From Eledone cirrhosa (taxonomy: Eukaryota), in NCBI GenBank assembly GCA_964016885.1, contig CAXHJY010001367.1:56048-120047 (forward strand): a stretch of 64,000 nucleotides of DNA, read 5' to 3'. A model generated the notes under the pieces. It saw nothing but the letters and a program-made list of their open reading frames with translations. It had not been told where the DNA came from and did no database searches. Shown in pieces: positions 13,940 through 28,249 of this stretch. The number at the start of each line of letters is the position of its first letter. Within the stretch, counting starts at the first letter, position 1. A program made the translations under genes and the position numbers.

Positions 13940-14073
13940 TCCTGCTCTGTAAAACACCTGATATTCTTACATTGAGCGATTTCTCTTACTGGTAATAAGG
14001 TAGTAATAAATTACTGACCTTTCTTGTTTATAGCTGTTTATAGTATATACATAACTATAAATAGTATCATTAT

Positions 14074-14113
<40 letters not shown>

Positions 14114-14219
14114 TTAGTATATTTTGTAATTAATTAATCAAATGATACTAATGTACAGATGATAGAGCACTTGATGAAGTGCATATATAGTCTGTGTACT
14201 CTGGAGTTTTGGTATAACA

Positions 14220-14712
14220 ATGTAGTAAAGTCAGCAGGTTAGAATTTACCTCATTTATTTGTTACAAAATCAGTTATATGTAGTTCAATGATAATTGTTA
14301 TGTAACAGTTACAACCTCATCAGACAGCTGAAAAGTTACATGAACATAGTTCCAACCCAATATCCTCCTAACCTTCCCAAATTCCCTTGGGGAATACAGG
14401 AAGGCTATGAGGATGCGGGTTTGGAACTATCTTCAACTAATAGTTAGGCGTCATTTACAACCTTTGTGATAATGCTGTGAAGTTCCTTACACAAACTCAT
14501 ATGTCAGCGGAGCTTTGAGGGAGCAACATGAATTAGCCGCCTAGCATATCACTAAATGGAAACAGCATGAGTAATTTTCAATTATTGTCTTTATTTTTGT
14601 TCATGCCATTTTTATTCGTGCAACTTTCTGTTACACAATAACTGTTTGATGAGGTCATAATCGTTACATAACAAATAAATGAGGTAAATTCTAACCTACT
14701 GACTACTACTCC
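14220..14712. mobile_element. MITE-like element with imperfect terminal inverted repeats
   Basis: gtcagcaggttagaatttacctcatttatttgtta versus taacaaataaatgaggtaaattctaacctactgac, plus a second inverted block (acctcatcagacag / ctgtttgatgaggt). Confidence 0.6.
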
Positions 14713-14731
14713 ATTATTAATATATATATAT

Positions 14732-14941
14732 AGCACATCATTGTTTTACGCTTGTTTTTCCATGCTTGCATAGCACAGCATCTCTTCACATGTTGTTGTC
14801 ATCTCCTCTGTGAGCTTCATCGATTTGAAATCAGCTCTCACAATTTCTGCCAAGGTCTTCCTTGGCATCCCTCTACCGTAGCTCCCTTCCACTAGGATTT
14901 CTTGGCACTTCTTCAGCCAGTGCTTATTATCCATATGCATC
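14732..14941 (-). mobile_element. RTE 3' fragment
   Basis: MHMDNKHWLKKCQEILVEGSYGRGMPRKT plus the tail motif gcatggaaaa. Confidence 0.7.
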
Positions 14942-14984
<43 letters not shown>

Positions 14985-15089
14985 GTGAAGATGATGTCAT
15001 TTCACTTGTGTATAAGCATTGAAATGTAAAAGAAAAAAAAAAAAACAGAAATCCAGACAGAAACTAAATTCTTTTAATTACAAAGCATT

Positions 15090-15296
15090 TTTATATATAT
15101 ATATGCACACATATATACATATACATATATGTGCATATATGTATATATACATATATACACATACATATATATACACATATGTGTATATACACATATACAT
15201 GTGTATATATATATATGTATATATATATATACATATATACACATATACATGTACATATATATATATATATATACATATATACACATATACATGTAC

Positions 15297-15365
<69 letters not shown>

Positions 15366-15388
15366 CATATATACACATATACATGTAC

Positions 15389-15425
<37 letters not shown>

Positions 15426-15455
15426 TATACATATATACACATATACATGTACATA

Positions 15456-15495
<40 letters not shown>

Positions 15496-15521
15496 CATAT
15501 ATACACATATACATGTACATA

Positions 15522-15559
<38 letters not shown>

Positions 15560-15582
15560 CATATATACACATATACATGTAC

Positions 15583-15613
<31 letters not shown>

Positions 15614-15648
15614 CATATACATATACATATATACACATATACATGTAC

Positions 15649-15687
<39 letters not shown>

Positions 15688-15868
15688 CATATATACACAT
15701 ATACATGTACATATATATATATATATATATATACATATATATGTATATATATATATATATATATATACATATATATGTATATATATATATATACAGATAT
15801 ATACATGTACATATATATATATACATATATATATGTATATAAACATATATATACACACATACATGTAC

Positions 15869-15901
<33 letters not shown>

Positions 15902-16408
15902 TATATATACATATATATACACACACATATATATACATATATATACACACACATATATATATACACACACACACATATATATATATACATATATGTATAT
16001 ACATATATATATACATATATGTATATACATATATATACATACATATTTAATACAGTAACAGAGATAGTTTAAAACTAAACTCTGACTGGTAACCATCTCA
16101 CTCAACAAACATTAGGTTATATTAAAATATAAACCCAATTTAAGTGTTTGGGGTGCTAACAATATGTATAATGTGGAAAAACCAGTTGTATTATTTTATG
16201 AGATATAATTAAAGTTATATACATATATGTATATACCTATATATATATATACATATATATATACATATATGTATTTATATATATATATATATATGTATAT
16301 ATAAATACATATATGTATATATATATACACACACACATACATACACACACACACACATATATATATATACATATATATACATATATATATATATGTATAT
16401 ATACACAC
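15090..16408. repeat. (TA)n/(TACA)n compound microsatellite with a higher-order tatacacatatacatgtac unit; short unique island at about 16045-16215
   Basis: Direct sequence. Confidence 0.95.
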
Positions 16409-17179
16409 AGATGTTTGGATGTTCAAACAGGATAGGAAAAAAATAATCAATACATGTGATAGAGTTTTATTCGTTCAAAACTTATGGAACGAACACATAT
16501 ACATGTGAGAAACTCTGAGTACAGAAGGATAATAACGGTAATGTCCAATAATTATAATGATAATAACAGTCGTAGCAGTAATAGGTTACATTGGCAGGCA
16601 CAGTACCTCAGATTGATACAGAGGAAAGTAGGGTAGGGGAAGCAAGATGTTCTGACAAGCCAAGCTGCCTTTCCTAACTAATATAAGTGAATCGAGGGAC
16701 GAGATCTGGTAGAAATGACTTGATGATAGATGATATTAGAGATGGGGTTAAACATTTGAATTAACAGAAACATTTTAATTCTAATTATTCCTTTGGCACA
16801 TCTTTAGACACAAAAACAGGCACTGTTCATCATCATCCTCATGACCATCATTTACATTTTAAAAAATTATTTTGGCTCCATTATTCGTTTGTTCCTGTTT
16901 TTTTTTTTTACACTAAACCTTTTCTTCATGGTCAACAATTAAATTAAAAATCACACACATATAGTGAGCACACATTATATTACTATTTGACTATTTCTAT
17001 GTATGATAAAATACCTCCATTATTATATATATATATATAATGTTGTGAACATGATAAAACGCATCCAGCTGAGTCAAAGATATGACAACCTCCTTAGTAC
17101 TGATGCCAAAATAAAATACACCTGACCAACCCTTCCTAGCATAGAAAACGGACGTTAAATTATGTTTATGATTATGATG

Positions 17180-17214
<35 letters not shown>

Positions 17215-19611
17215 AGATAGACAGAGACATGTATATATTTATTTCATTCATGTTTAAATACTTTAAAAAAAGGCAAGCTGTAAAGAAGGCCTGTTTGAGG
17301 CTGTGATGTCAATGATTAGTGTAAAACAAATGGGACCCCACCAGAACTTTACGTTTAAGGGAGAGATGCGAAGAGAAGCAGATGACTTCCCACTCAACAC
17401 TACTCTGGTATTAAAACCTTTTTGATACCAAGCTGCATGATATAAAACTGCCAATTTTGAAATATTTATACTTATTTTAAAACCTTTCATTTTAGACATT
17501 TTTGTTGAGTAATGTTCTAAATATCAGTTTACTAATGGAAAATTCCTTCAAAATTAATTCAAACAAACAGGCAGTATATTTCATTAGAAATACAGTAATG
17601 AAAGAGTTCATCATTTTGAGACTTCTTTGTGAAACAACGTGGTGTGTATCATAGATGTGTGATGGTGTGGTGTATTGGTTTGATGTAGTTGTGTAACGGT
17701 GATGATGAGTAGTGTGAGGGTGTGGTGTAGTTTCATGCATAGAATGGTAGCTTGATGCAGTGGTGGTGGTATGATGTGTAAGTGTGTTATGTATTAGAGA
17801 TGATGGTGTGGTGTAGTGGTGGTATATGATGTATAAGTGCGATGTGATGTATAGTGGTAGTGATGATGGTGATGTGTAACAGTGGTAGTGGTGGTGCTGA
17901 TGTTTAATGGTGGTGATGAGCACTAATAAAGTAATTAACAACACATAATAAAAGTGTTTCAAGAAAAATATTAGATTTGTGTTGAACAAAAAACAAAATG
18001 TGGGGGTGTCTGAAGACTGAGGGAGGGCATGATGCTAGCTTTGGGGATTTTTATACATGGTGGAAGGGCCAGAATATAAAAGAGTACTGAGTACAGTAGA
18101 CTTAAATAAAAATATTAAATAGCTGAGATAAAAAATATATATCAATCCTTTCATAAACTACAATTACTCAAATGGCCGGTACTTAACTATGGTCCTATTA
18201 AGGACTAGCAGATATCTTACACACACATGCACCACATATAAGAGTCTAGCCTATTGGTGCATAATTTCTCTAGATGAACTGCTATGTTCCAATACGGTAA
18301 ACTACACAAAACAATAGAGTTAAGTGTCTTGTTTAAAGGATTTTGCACGATTCCTGCTACACAACAGGAACATACAAACCAAGAGATGTGCCAAGCATTT
18401 GTGAATGAAGTCTTTATTTACTCCACCTACACTGCTCAACCATTGCACAGCAGGCCCACAAATCCCATGCTTGGGACTTTAATTAACCCCTTTGAAAATA
18501 CAACCTCTCATTAAACACTGAACACCTGTGAACCTATCCCACTTTAACATATATCATATCTCTAGAACATTCCAAGGAGCAGTGTATTCAACATGAAGCT
18601 ATATTCCAAATAGAATAGACTGTGTGCATCCAGAACAGAATAGGTACACTGTATCCCTGCGTGCTGTTAAAAAACAACTAAAAAGAAGGGTATCCGGCTG
18701 TAAAACTGCCTCAAAATGTTCTGTCCAACTCGTGCCAACATGGAAATCTCGATGTAAAAAATGATGATGTCAATAAAGAATACAAATTACTTCGCTACCA
18801 ATCATGCCTGAGGCACTACAGTCCTTCATATTGGTTAAGTTCTTCTCAGACGTTTCAAATCTCAAGTCAATTTGAGTTGGAGCTATTTTGCCACTTCAAA
18901 TCATACTGCAATATTAAACTTCTGTTGGGATAAGCACAGCAACGAGAACATTCCAGCATTAACATGTGAAATGCAAATAATTTTTAAATAATTAAGTATT
19001 TAAGGAGACAGTATTTATCTGTGATTTTGTGGTGGAAAGTGACTGAAAGAGAAATCTTTAGTTAGGATAGGAGACCAATCTACCATTGCTAGCATTACCA
19101 GATGTTCATTAAAAAGGCAGCTGAGGTAATGTGGAATAAAATATTCTGTCCAGAAACACAACAGAGAGAATGAGAGATAACTCTCTACTTGGATAAGACA
19201 CCAGTCTATCACAAGTAACATTCCTCAAATGATCTGGAACCTATTCCTGACAGCTAGGTGAACTGTGGTAATGTAGAATATAGTATTCTGTCTTGAAATA
19301 CAAATAGAACTCAAGGTTTCTGTACTGGTAACATATTTCTGTAGCCATTCAGTCATAGGGGCCAGAAGTATGTTAGCCTTAAGGAACAGATCAAAAGTAT
19401 ATGATTGATGAGGAAACAGAACAACAGTGTATGTATAGAATATTGACTCCTAATGAGTCCTCGACAGGGATATATTTCTACATCAATCATCCCAAACCTT
19501 GTTCCTTTGGCTGTAGTTGAGTACTGACCATTAAAATGGCTAACACACCACATGAATGTTCTGTAAAATCCAACACGGGGACATTTTTGCATCTTGAAAA
19601 GGTTAACACAA

Positions 19612-19757
19612 TACATGCATCTTGTGTAAAACCCAGCAAGGTAAGGACGTCTTTCCACACTACATGCCTCTTGTGTAAAACACAGGAAGGTAAGGACGTC
19701 TTTCCACACTACATGCATCTTGTGTAAAACCCAGCATGGTAAGGACGTTTTTCCACA
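19612..19757. repeat. Tandem repeat of about 49 bp, 3 copies
   Basis: catcttgtgtaaaacccagcaaggtaaggacgtctttccacactacatg repeated. Confidence 0.9.
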
Positions 19758-20199
19758 GTAATCATTCCAAACCAGTTCCCCACTGGCTGCAGTTTCATTA
19801 GACGTCAGGGCAGGGTGAGGGAGGATGTTGTGAATCTGTTTATGATCCACATTGTTAATTAGAGGACAAATTAATTCCTATTAATCTTTTCTTTCCATTG
19901 TTTAGTTAAATGCCTGTTTTTTTTTTTTGTTTTTTTTTAAACCTTGAGAACTGTGGAGAAAGATCACATCAATACAGCTTGGCTGGCAACACAAACATCT
20001 GTTTAAATTAATTATTACAGTCATAGACTTGTGTAGGTATGGTACAGAGGTTATAGTACTGTACAGTATAGTGCTGTAGAGTATATAGTAAGTCAATAGA
20101 GTATATATATAGTACTGTACTGGGTTGTACTGATGACATAGGGGTGTCATCAGAAATTAAACTGTTTGCTGCAAGAAGAATTTGTCTTTTGAACCATGT

Positions 20200-20750
20200 G
20201 GTCACTGTTGTAGTGTGATCTGGTGTGATTACTGTTATGGTATGTGTTGTAGTGTGGTGGGATTACTGTTGCAGTATAGTGTGATGTGATTATTGTAGTG
20301 TGGTGTGGTTACTGTTGTAGTAACAGGTATTGTAGTAGTATGTGTTGTAGTGTAGTGTGATTATTGTCACTGTATAGTGTAGTGTGACTGTAGTAGTGGT
20401 ATGGTTACTGTAGTAGTGTGTTGTAGTTACTTCAGTAGTATGTGTAGTGCAGTGTGGTTACTGGAATAGTATGGTGTTGTATTGTGGTATAGTTACTGTA
20501 GCAGTGTGTGTTGTAGTGTGGAGTGATACATCACAAAGTATGTATATCATACACAAGTGTAATGTCCGACAGTTAGGCACTGCACCAGTATATGTGGTGG
20601 TATGTTGCATCATAATGTCACTACTGTAATAGAGTTTAAGTTGTAGTATGTGGCAGTGTGTTGCATTATAGTCATTAATGTAATACAGTTTAGGATGTAG
20701 TGGTGTGTTGCACTAAATAACTACTGCAACAGTTTAGGATGTAGTATGCA
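20200..20750. repeat. Degenerate (GTAGT/GTGGT)n low-complexity tract
   Basis: Direct sequence. Confidence 0.75.
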
Positions 20751-20801
20751 ACATGTTGTACCACATGACAGCTGCTTGCAACAGTATAAAGTGTATAAGG
20801 T

Positions 20802-20807
20802 TTTATT
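20802..20807 (-). terminator. Candidate polyadenylation signal of the zinc-finger gene
   Basis: AATAAA on the minus strand about 95 nt after the stop codon. Confidence 0.35.
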
Positions 20808-20900
20808 ATAATGCAACTGCAAATTGTGCAGATTTCATTTCATGTTGTAGGTCCCCACCATCAGAAGCAGCCTCAAGTAGCAGCTGCAACAACAGTGCAG

Positions 20901-21210
20901 TTATTGCATCATAGTCTGTATGTTGTGTGTAGCTTCCTGTGTTTCCATCTTTGGTTGGTCTACTGCATAGCCCTGTGCATTCGCCCAACCTGCAGTCCAG
21001 CCTGCAATCTGGAAGCCAGCTGGCCAAGCAAAATGGTTTGCACTGGTCATGACAGTTGGTTGCTGCAACACCATCTGATGCGAGTAATCTGTCGGCATGG
21101 AAGCAGGACTGACAAATGATGAAGGTATTGCCTGTGTCATTAGGGGCTGCCTCAGTGCAGTGACCACTGGCTGCGAAATCACCTGGTGCACATTTGGTGG
21201 AACTTGTTGG

Positions 21211-21244
<34 letters not shown>

Positions 21245-22964
21245 GCTGCTGTTGATGATGATGATGGTGGTGTTGTTGTGGACTTTGTTGTTGCAGTGGA
21301 GAGCTGGACATTATAGGGGAGGCTTGCGGCTCTTGTTGCTGTTGCATAATTTGCTGCTGCTGCTCTTGATGCATAATTTGTTGTTGTTCTTGTGGATGCA
21401 TAATTTGCTGCTGTTGTTCTTGAGGATGCATAATTTGCTGCTGCTGCTGGTCCTGTTGGTGCATAATTTGCTGCTGTTGGTCCTGTGGATGCATAATTTG
21501 CTGCTGTTGCTGGTCTTGTTGCAATTCATGTTGCTGATGGAGCATGTGTTGTTGCTGCTGCATCATCTGCTGCTGTTGTTGCTGTTGATGTTGTTGTTGT
21601 TGTTGTTGCTCTTGCATCATCTTCTGCTGTTCTTCTTGCTTCAGTAACTTGTGCTGTTGCTGTTCCCGTGAGCCGTGCGGTGATTGTGACGACGATGATG
21701 ATGATGAAGGCGACGATGGTGCATCACCAGCATGCATCTTTGCACTTGCAACACGCTGTAACTCTTCTGGGGACATCTTCACATCTGTTGTTGCTCTTTC
21801 TTCTTCCTCTTCCCCTTGGCTACTATACTCCACCTTCACCTCGGGCAGACACTCCTGGTTGCTATCTCTGCGGACATGGTGGTGGTGATGGTGGTGGTGC
21901 GGGTGTGGATGTGCATGTGGTGGGTGTGGCGAATGATGAGGGTGATGGTGGTGGTGATGGTGGTGATGTGGATGCGGGTGCTGATGAACGTGGGGGTGGT
22001 GATGGTGATGATGGTGGTGGTGGTGGTGGGGCAGGTTGGATTGGTTGTGATGGTTGCAGCCAGCAGCAGCTGCACCATTGTTGCAGTTGTGGTTTTCCGC
22101 ATTGCAGCTGTGGTTATCTGCATTACAGCTGTGGTTATCTGCATTACAGCTGCCATTGTCACCCATTGCTGCACAAATATTGGCAACCCCAGCTGGAGCT
22201 CCAACAATATGGGTCCTCTCATGCTTGGTGAGGTGGTCCTTGCGGGAGTAGGCCTTTGAACAAGTTGAACACTGGAATGGCTTCTCCCCACTGTGTGTGC
22301 GCTGGTGCTTCTTCAAATGGTCCTTCCTGGAGAAGGCCTTACTACATACGCCACACTGAAATGGCCTCTCCCCTGTGTGAGTTCGCTGGTGCTTGCTCAG
22401 ATGATCTTTGCGCGAGAATGTCTTCTGGCAAACTCCACACAGATACAGTTTCTCACGTACCATAAATGCAGAACGGCGTGAACGAGAGCTTGTGCGCTTC
22501 TTACCAGTGTTGTTGCTGCCACCAACTCTGTAGTTCCTGTCAGTATCATCATCATCGTCTTCTCCGTCACCAGATTCAAACCCATCATTATGGTGTACCC
22601 TCTCATGGTTTTTCAAACGATCCCTCTGTGAGAAGGACTTCTCACAAAATGAGCATGAGTATGGTCTTTCACCAGTGTGCGTGCGTTCGTGGTTCTTCAG
22701 CTTGTCACGCTGTGCAAACGCTTTGCCACACTCTTGGCAATAAAAATGTTTCTCAGCTTCCGGAGCAAGCTGGTGCCGTGTCAGATATGCGCGCAATGTG
22801 AAACCTTTGCGACACACTTCACAACGAAAGGGTTTCTTATTGGCATTGCTGTCACCCATCTCAATAATTTGCTTTGGCTGTTGGACAGCCACAGGTGCTT
22901 CCTCCTCAGGATGACCATTTTGATGTGCTGTGTACATCACTGCTTCTTCTGAATTGTGTGGCAT
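20901..22964 (-). CDS. C2H2 (Kruppel-type) zinc-finger protein, 687 aa, single coding exon, His- and Gln-rich C-terminal half
   Basis: Five canonical C-x2-C-x12-H-x3-H fingers with TGERPY/TGERPF/SGEKPF linkers plus one finger lacking its last His; uninterrupted 2-kb ORF; an upstream exon cannot be excluded. Confidence 0.93.
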
Positions 22965-24294
22965 CTTATATCAAACTAAACATAAAGATATAAATATATA
23001 TAGATATAAGATATCTGGATATCGCTGTTGTTGTATATCTATTGTTGTATGTTATTGGCATTTGCTGTATGAATTCTTGTAGTTTTGTTGCTTTTGTCTT
23101 TTCTCACTTTCTTGTTTGTTTCTTTCTTTTTTCTCAATTCAATTTAAGGTTGTTGCAGTCAACCTGTTGAGTCTGAACAGTGAAACCAAGGGTTTGCACC
23201 TGATGCTATTTTCTTGATTGTCTCAATTATTATTTCATGAAAACAGGGTTGATTATTGTGTGAGAAGAACAGACAACTGTCAAACTGTCAACAGGTATAT
23301 GACAGAAGAAATAGTAACAACAACAACAACAATAATAATAATAAAATTGAAGAAGTAAGTTGTTTTTTAGTCTTTCTTCAAGTTGTCATTATGGAGTGAA
23401 GATAAAATGATTAATACATATAAATTCCTGACAGTGCCACCATAGAGTTCCAGGTCAGAGAGAGGTCTGAAAGTAAAAAAACAAAACAAAACATTATATA
23501 TATATATAAACAAAACATTGGAAATTTTTTAAATGTAGTCCTAGCATAAATGATTATAATAATAGTTAAGAAAATCAGGTAGAGTTGATAGAGGTGCCTG
23601 CAAGGAAATGAACCACAGGAGTTTCTGTTCACTTTTTCCCATCCTTTACCTGGTTTTCTTTATTATTTATTGTGATCAACTATTATTATTGTCATTTACG
23701 TTGGAACACACACCACAGATATATACATATATATCAATAAAATGGGTAGTGTTTAATAACTACGCTAACCTTATCAACACTAACCTGCCTTTTCTTTTTT
23801 GTTACTGTTTATTCAGGGAAGGAAGGACATTGTCCATGAATCTTCCAAGACTAGTATGAAGGAAAGAGGGAAGAAGGTAGCATCAGACCAAAGACCCGAT
23901 TTGAACTTGTGTAATAGAGTAGACTCTGCTAAAGGCACTCAAGAGCCTGGTAGTGGTGTTAAACAGGGTGACTGATTAAGTCTACCACCCAAGTAAGCCA
24001 AAGTAGGATTTCAAATCAGAATACAAGGTGCTATTGGAGAAGGGTAGCCAGTTAAATCCAGCCCAGTAAATACCTGATATTTATTTTTAAAATACCACTC
24101 AAGCCAATGTAAAATTTGATGGAATTTGAAGTTCAAATGTGATCATACTGAAAGATATTTTCTAATACTGTATAGCTTCTACCATCCATAACCTTTAGCT
24201 CTTAACATCCTGTAACAATTTAGCAGAAAATACTTTAAAAACAGGTCTCTTAATTCAAATGTTTATAGGAAAGGAAGAAGTAAAATGCAATAAC

Positions 24295-24400
24295 AAACAC
24301 TACAAACATGACCCCTCCCCCCAACACTACAAACATGACTTCAAACACCACAAACATGACCCCCAACACCACAATCATGACCCAATCACCATAAACATGA
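24295..24400. repeat. Degenerate tandem repeat of about 21 bp
   Basis: aacactacaaacatgacccc-like units. Confidence 0.75.
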
Positions 24401-24634
24401 TGCAAAATAACTAGTGAAGAATGCATTGACATAAAAACTGCAAGCAACTGGAAAATTTCTGGAATCAACAAAGCCCCCCATTTCTGGTTGAAATACCTAA
24501 TCTTTTGGCAAGACATTCAATGAATTATTAAACAGACCAGAATCAACACTTGGCTAATTAATAAGATTGACACTTGACCTACTAGAAATAGCAGCAAAAT
24601 TTCCTTCAAGTTACATCCAACTGCTCCTGTTGAC

Positions 24635-24890
24635 AAGGGTAGCCACTGGTGAACGGGGGTAGCCACAAGTGAACAGGGTAGCCACAGGTGTCCAAGCAGT
24701 TACTGGTGAATGTGATAGCTACTGGTGAACAGGGTAGCCACAATATCCAGGCAGTTACTGGTGAACAGGAAGTTACTGGTGAACGGGTCAGCCTCTGGTG
24801 AAAGGGGCAACCACAGGTGAACAAGGCAGTTACTGGTGAACAAGGCAGCTACAGGTGAACAGGACAGCAACTGGTGAACAAGGCAGCTAC
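24635..24890. repeat. Minisatellite of about 20 bp, roughly 12 degenerate units
   Basis: gggtagccactggtgaaca / aggcagttactggtgaaca units. Confidence 0.85.
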
Positions 24891-27735
24891 TTATAAAGTA
24901 GATAGACTTCTGCCAGTTTCAATGATGAGTGTTCCAGTTGTTCAATCAACAGAATGGTCAACTCATTAAACTGACATGTGTGTGTCTGAGTATTCCACAG
25001 ATGTGTGTATCTTTAACACAATTTTCAAAGTGATTTAGCATGACACAGTGTGAGAAGGTTAACCCTGTGAATTACAGGTGCAGTCTATCCAACAGACTTC
25101 CAAATAATTTCTGCCTACCAAAATTTCACTTACAGGGTTTGAGTCAACCTGAGGCTATGGTAAATGACATTTGACCAAGCTGCAAAGAAGTGTGAGAGAA
25201 CCCAAACCTCATCATGGTGATGTGAACTACTGAAACATTTGGCCAAGTTGCACCCATATAAACAAGATCTAAAAGTCCTTTTAATTAACCATACTGTGTG
25301 TAGCTCAAACTCAAGGATAATTTTGCTGCTACCATTTCATGTCTTGTTTATAATGATTAAAATTTGGATTATTGGAGAATGTGTGCAGAAGAGAAGTATT
25401 ATTGACACTGGTGTGATAATTGCCCTTTTTGATCACTGTCTTTGAAAGTATCACAAGTTGATAGGACCACTAGTTTGATCAGTTTGTCATGAATAATATC
25501 AAAATCTCATAGATTCGATATTATGTGAGGTAAGCCTTTACCATGAAAATATAATATTAAATACAGAGTAATGTAAATGCTAAAGGGTTAATTACTATAT
25601 TTCTAATAAAAGACATTACCTATGAGTTTCAAATAATTTTGAAAATAATCAAGAATTTGGAGAGATTTAATAATACAACTGTCTCCTTATTAAGCTGGTC
25701 ATTGGAGCTACAAAGGTTTTTACATAAAATTATGATGGAATATTTTTAAATAAATACACACATTAAAATAAACAGTTTTGTATTGTAGAACTTGGGGAGG
25801 TTTCATGAAGTTTGGTGACAAAAGAGTTGATAAAACTGTTTTGAGATATTTTCTACTAAATCATTACCAGGATGTTAAGAGTTAAATAGTGTTAAAATAA
25901 TTATAATATAAAATGACTGACAACATGGCAAAATCAGTGGTGCCTTAATTCACTTTGTCTTTGTTCTAAAGTCATTTAATATGTTTTAACTACTAGCAAG
26001 GGAGTACCTCTTACAATGAAATTTGTTGTTGTTACCATGTCCACAAAGAGAATGTGAATACTATTGGCAATGATAGAAAAACTTGGTTAAAAAGGTATTA
26101 AAGATTGCATGAAAGTATTACATTGCAAAACTAATAAAAACTATGCTTTTTTATGTGAATAGGTATGTAAATATGGCTCCCTTTATTTACAATCAGATCA
26201 ATTATCTGAACAAAATATTTCCAATCCATCTTATTTGGATAATCAAAGTTTAACTGTATATAAATCAAGCATTAGAATGGAACAACTATAACATGAGCTA
26301 AATAAGTAGCTACTATACTGTTGCTTGACATGCTAGAATTAGCAGCAACATCTCTCTAAAATTAACCCAACCTACTCTCTTAAAGGCAAATAACACATTA
26401 GATACTATAGCCCTAGATAGCCATCTGTAAAAAGATGGAATGGTCATGGCTGGAACAGCTTGATTGTGGGCCTGGTCATTATAAAAGTTATCCCTATACC
26501 CAGGAAGGCTCTTTATCCTTTCTACCTTTCTTTCTAGCTATGAAACCTGTAAGAAATTTGTTGAATGAAATTACCAACAGCTATAAATATTATGGACAAA
26601 CCACAAATCTCTATACAGCTAATTCTAAACAAAAGAGAATACCCAGCTGGAAAAAAATAAAAAACTGTACATGTATTGTGTGGTTCATAAATAGGATATT
26701 GAATGCATGTGGTACATTCTGTAGAATGTGGGGAACGTAGCAAAGCGATTTGAAATTTGAAAATCCAGTAATCCCAAACGCAGTCAATTGCTATAAATTA
26801 TAGCTTAGAAAATTGTGTAAAATACCCCTATAGACAGAAAAAATTTGTCAGTAGTCACTTTTTTTTCCATTTATAAGAGTATTTTACTAAGCTATTATAA
26901 ATAGTGTTTGACTGTTTGTTACAGTTATTTCCTGCATTTGGGATTCTCACATTGTGAGGACTCTTTAGTCATGTAGAGTACTTTTTTTATTGCTGATGCC
27001 ATGAAAACATGCATCCAGTGCACTTTGTAAAGTGGTTGGCATTAAGAAGAGCATCCAGCTGTACAAACTACATTCAAAATGGAACATGCGGATTAAAACT
27101 ATGACAACCTGTCCAACCCATGACAGTAAAGTAAGCGAACACAAACTGATGATGATGATGAAAATAAGGGGTATGCCTCACAATCACATGATTTCAAGTT
27201 CAGTCACACTGCATGGCACATTGGACAAGTGTCTTCTACTATGGCCTCAGGTTGTTCAATGTCTTGTGAATGAAAACTGGAAACAGGAGGAATTATTCCT
27301 GTGTTGGAGAGATAAACTTAATCATGAGGAGCCTCAATGCAGCTGTCTTCCCATCACAACTGGGGTTAGCGAGCTTCAACCATGGCGATGGTAAGCACCC
27401 CAACAGAATTACCCTCTCCCCATTCAGAGACCATTGTTTGATGAATTAACACATGGTGTGATCCTTAGGCTAAAAACAGTAGCCTATGTATGACCTTTAG
27501 ACAAACAGGAGTAATAAGGAATACCACGTAACACTGTACAGCGATGTCAAGGAGGTTTACTGTAGCATTGTACACCAATCCTACATCATAATCTAAGGAT
27601 GCCATAGGTGTACATTAATGTGTTTCAATAGACCAGAGATAACTTGGTGTCATCTGTCTCTTCCCCAGGTGCAGGTAGCCATTTGCTTCTCTCTGATAGG
27701 TTCTCCACACTTTGACAGGTGTTGTGCACACACTG

Positions 27736-27737
<2 letters not shown>

Positions 27738-27800
<63 letters not shown>
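27738..27800. repeat. (CA)n microsatellite between two diverged direct repeats of about 105 bp
   Basis: 27636-27740 resembles 27839-27947. Confidence 0.85.
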
Positions 27801-27806
<6 letters not shown>

Positions 27807-28249
27807 TTATATATATATACACACACATTTCTACATGAGAGATAATCTGGTTTCACCTCCTGTATCTTCTCCAGGTGTGGTTGGCTATTCACTTCTCTCA
27901 GAGGCTCTCACACACTTTGACAGGTTTTGTGCACACACTCTACTCACCCAGTAGACTACAGTAGAAAACACTTGGACAAGGTGCCAAATGGTGAGATTGA
28001 ACCCAGAATTCATATGGTTCAAAAGTGAACTTCTTAACAAAACATCAAAGAGATAGAGGATGGGGAATGAATGATGAGCAATAAATATCCTGGGATTATC
28101 AGAAAACTATATTAGCAGTAGAACTAACACAGCATGATTCATAATAGAGGTGTTTATGTATATTAGACATATATAGCCTGAGAGAAGTGGCCTTGTGCAA
28201 TATGTTCGAAATGAGTATATAGAAACTTTATATGATGAACACAACGTAA

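Noticed and set aside
21186-22952. Overlapping antisense and alternative-frame ORFs
   Set aside because: Shadows of the CAG/CAC-rich zinc-finger CDS
24635-24890. CRISPR-like periodicity (also at 19612-19757)
   Set aside because: Units are directly tandem with no unique spacers and there are no cas genes; eukaryotic minisatellites
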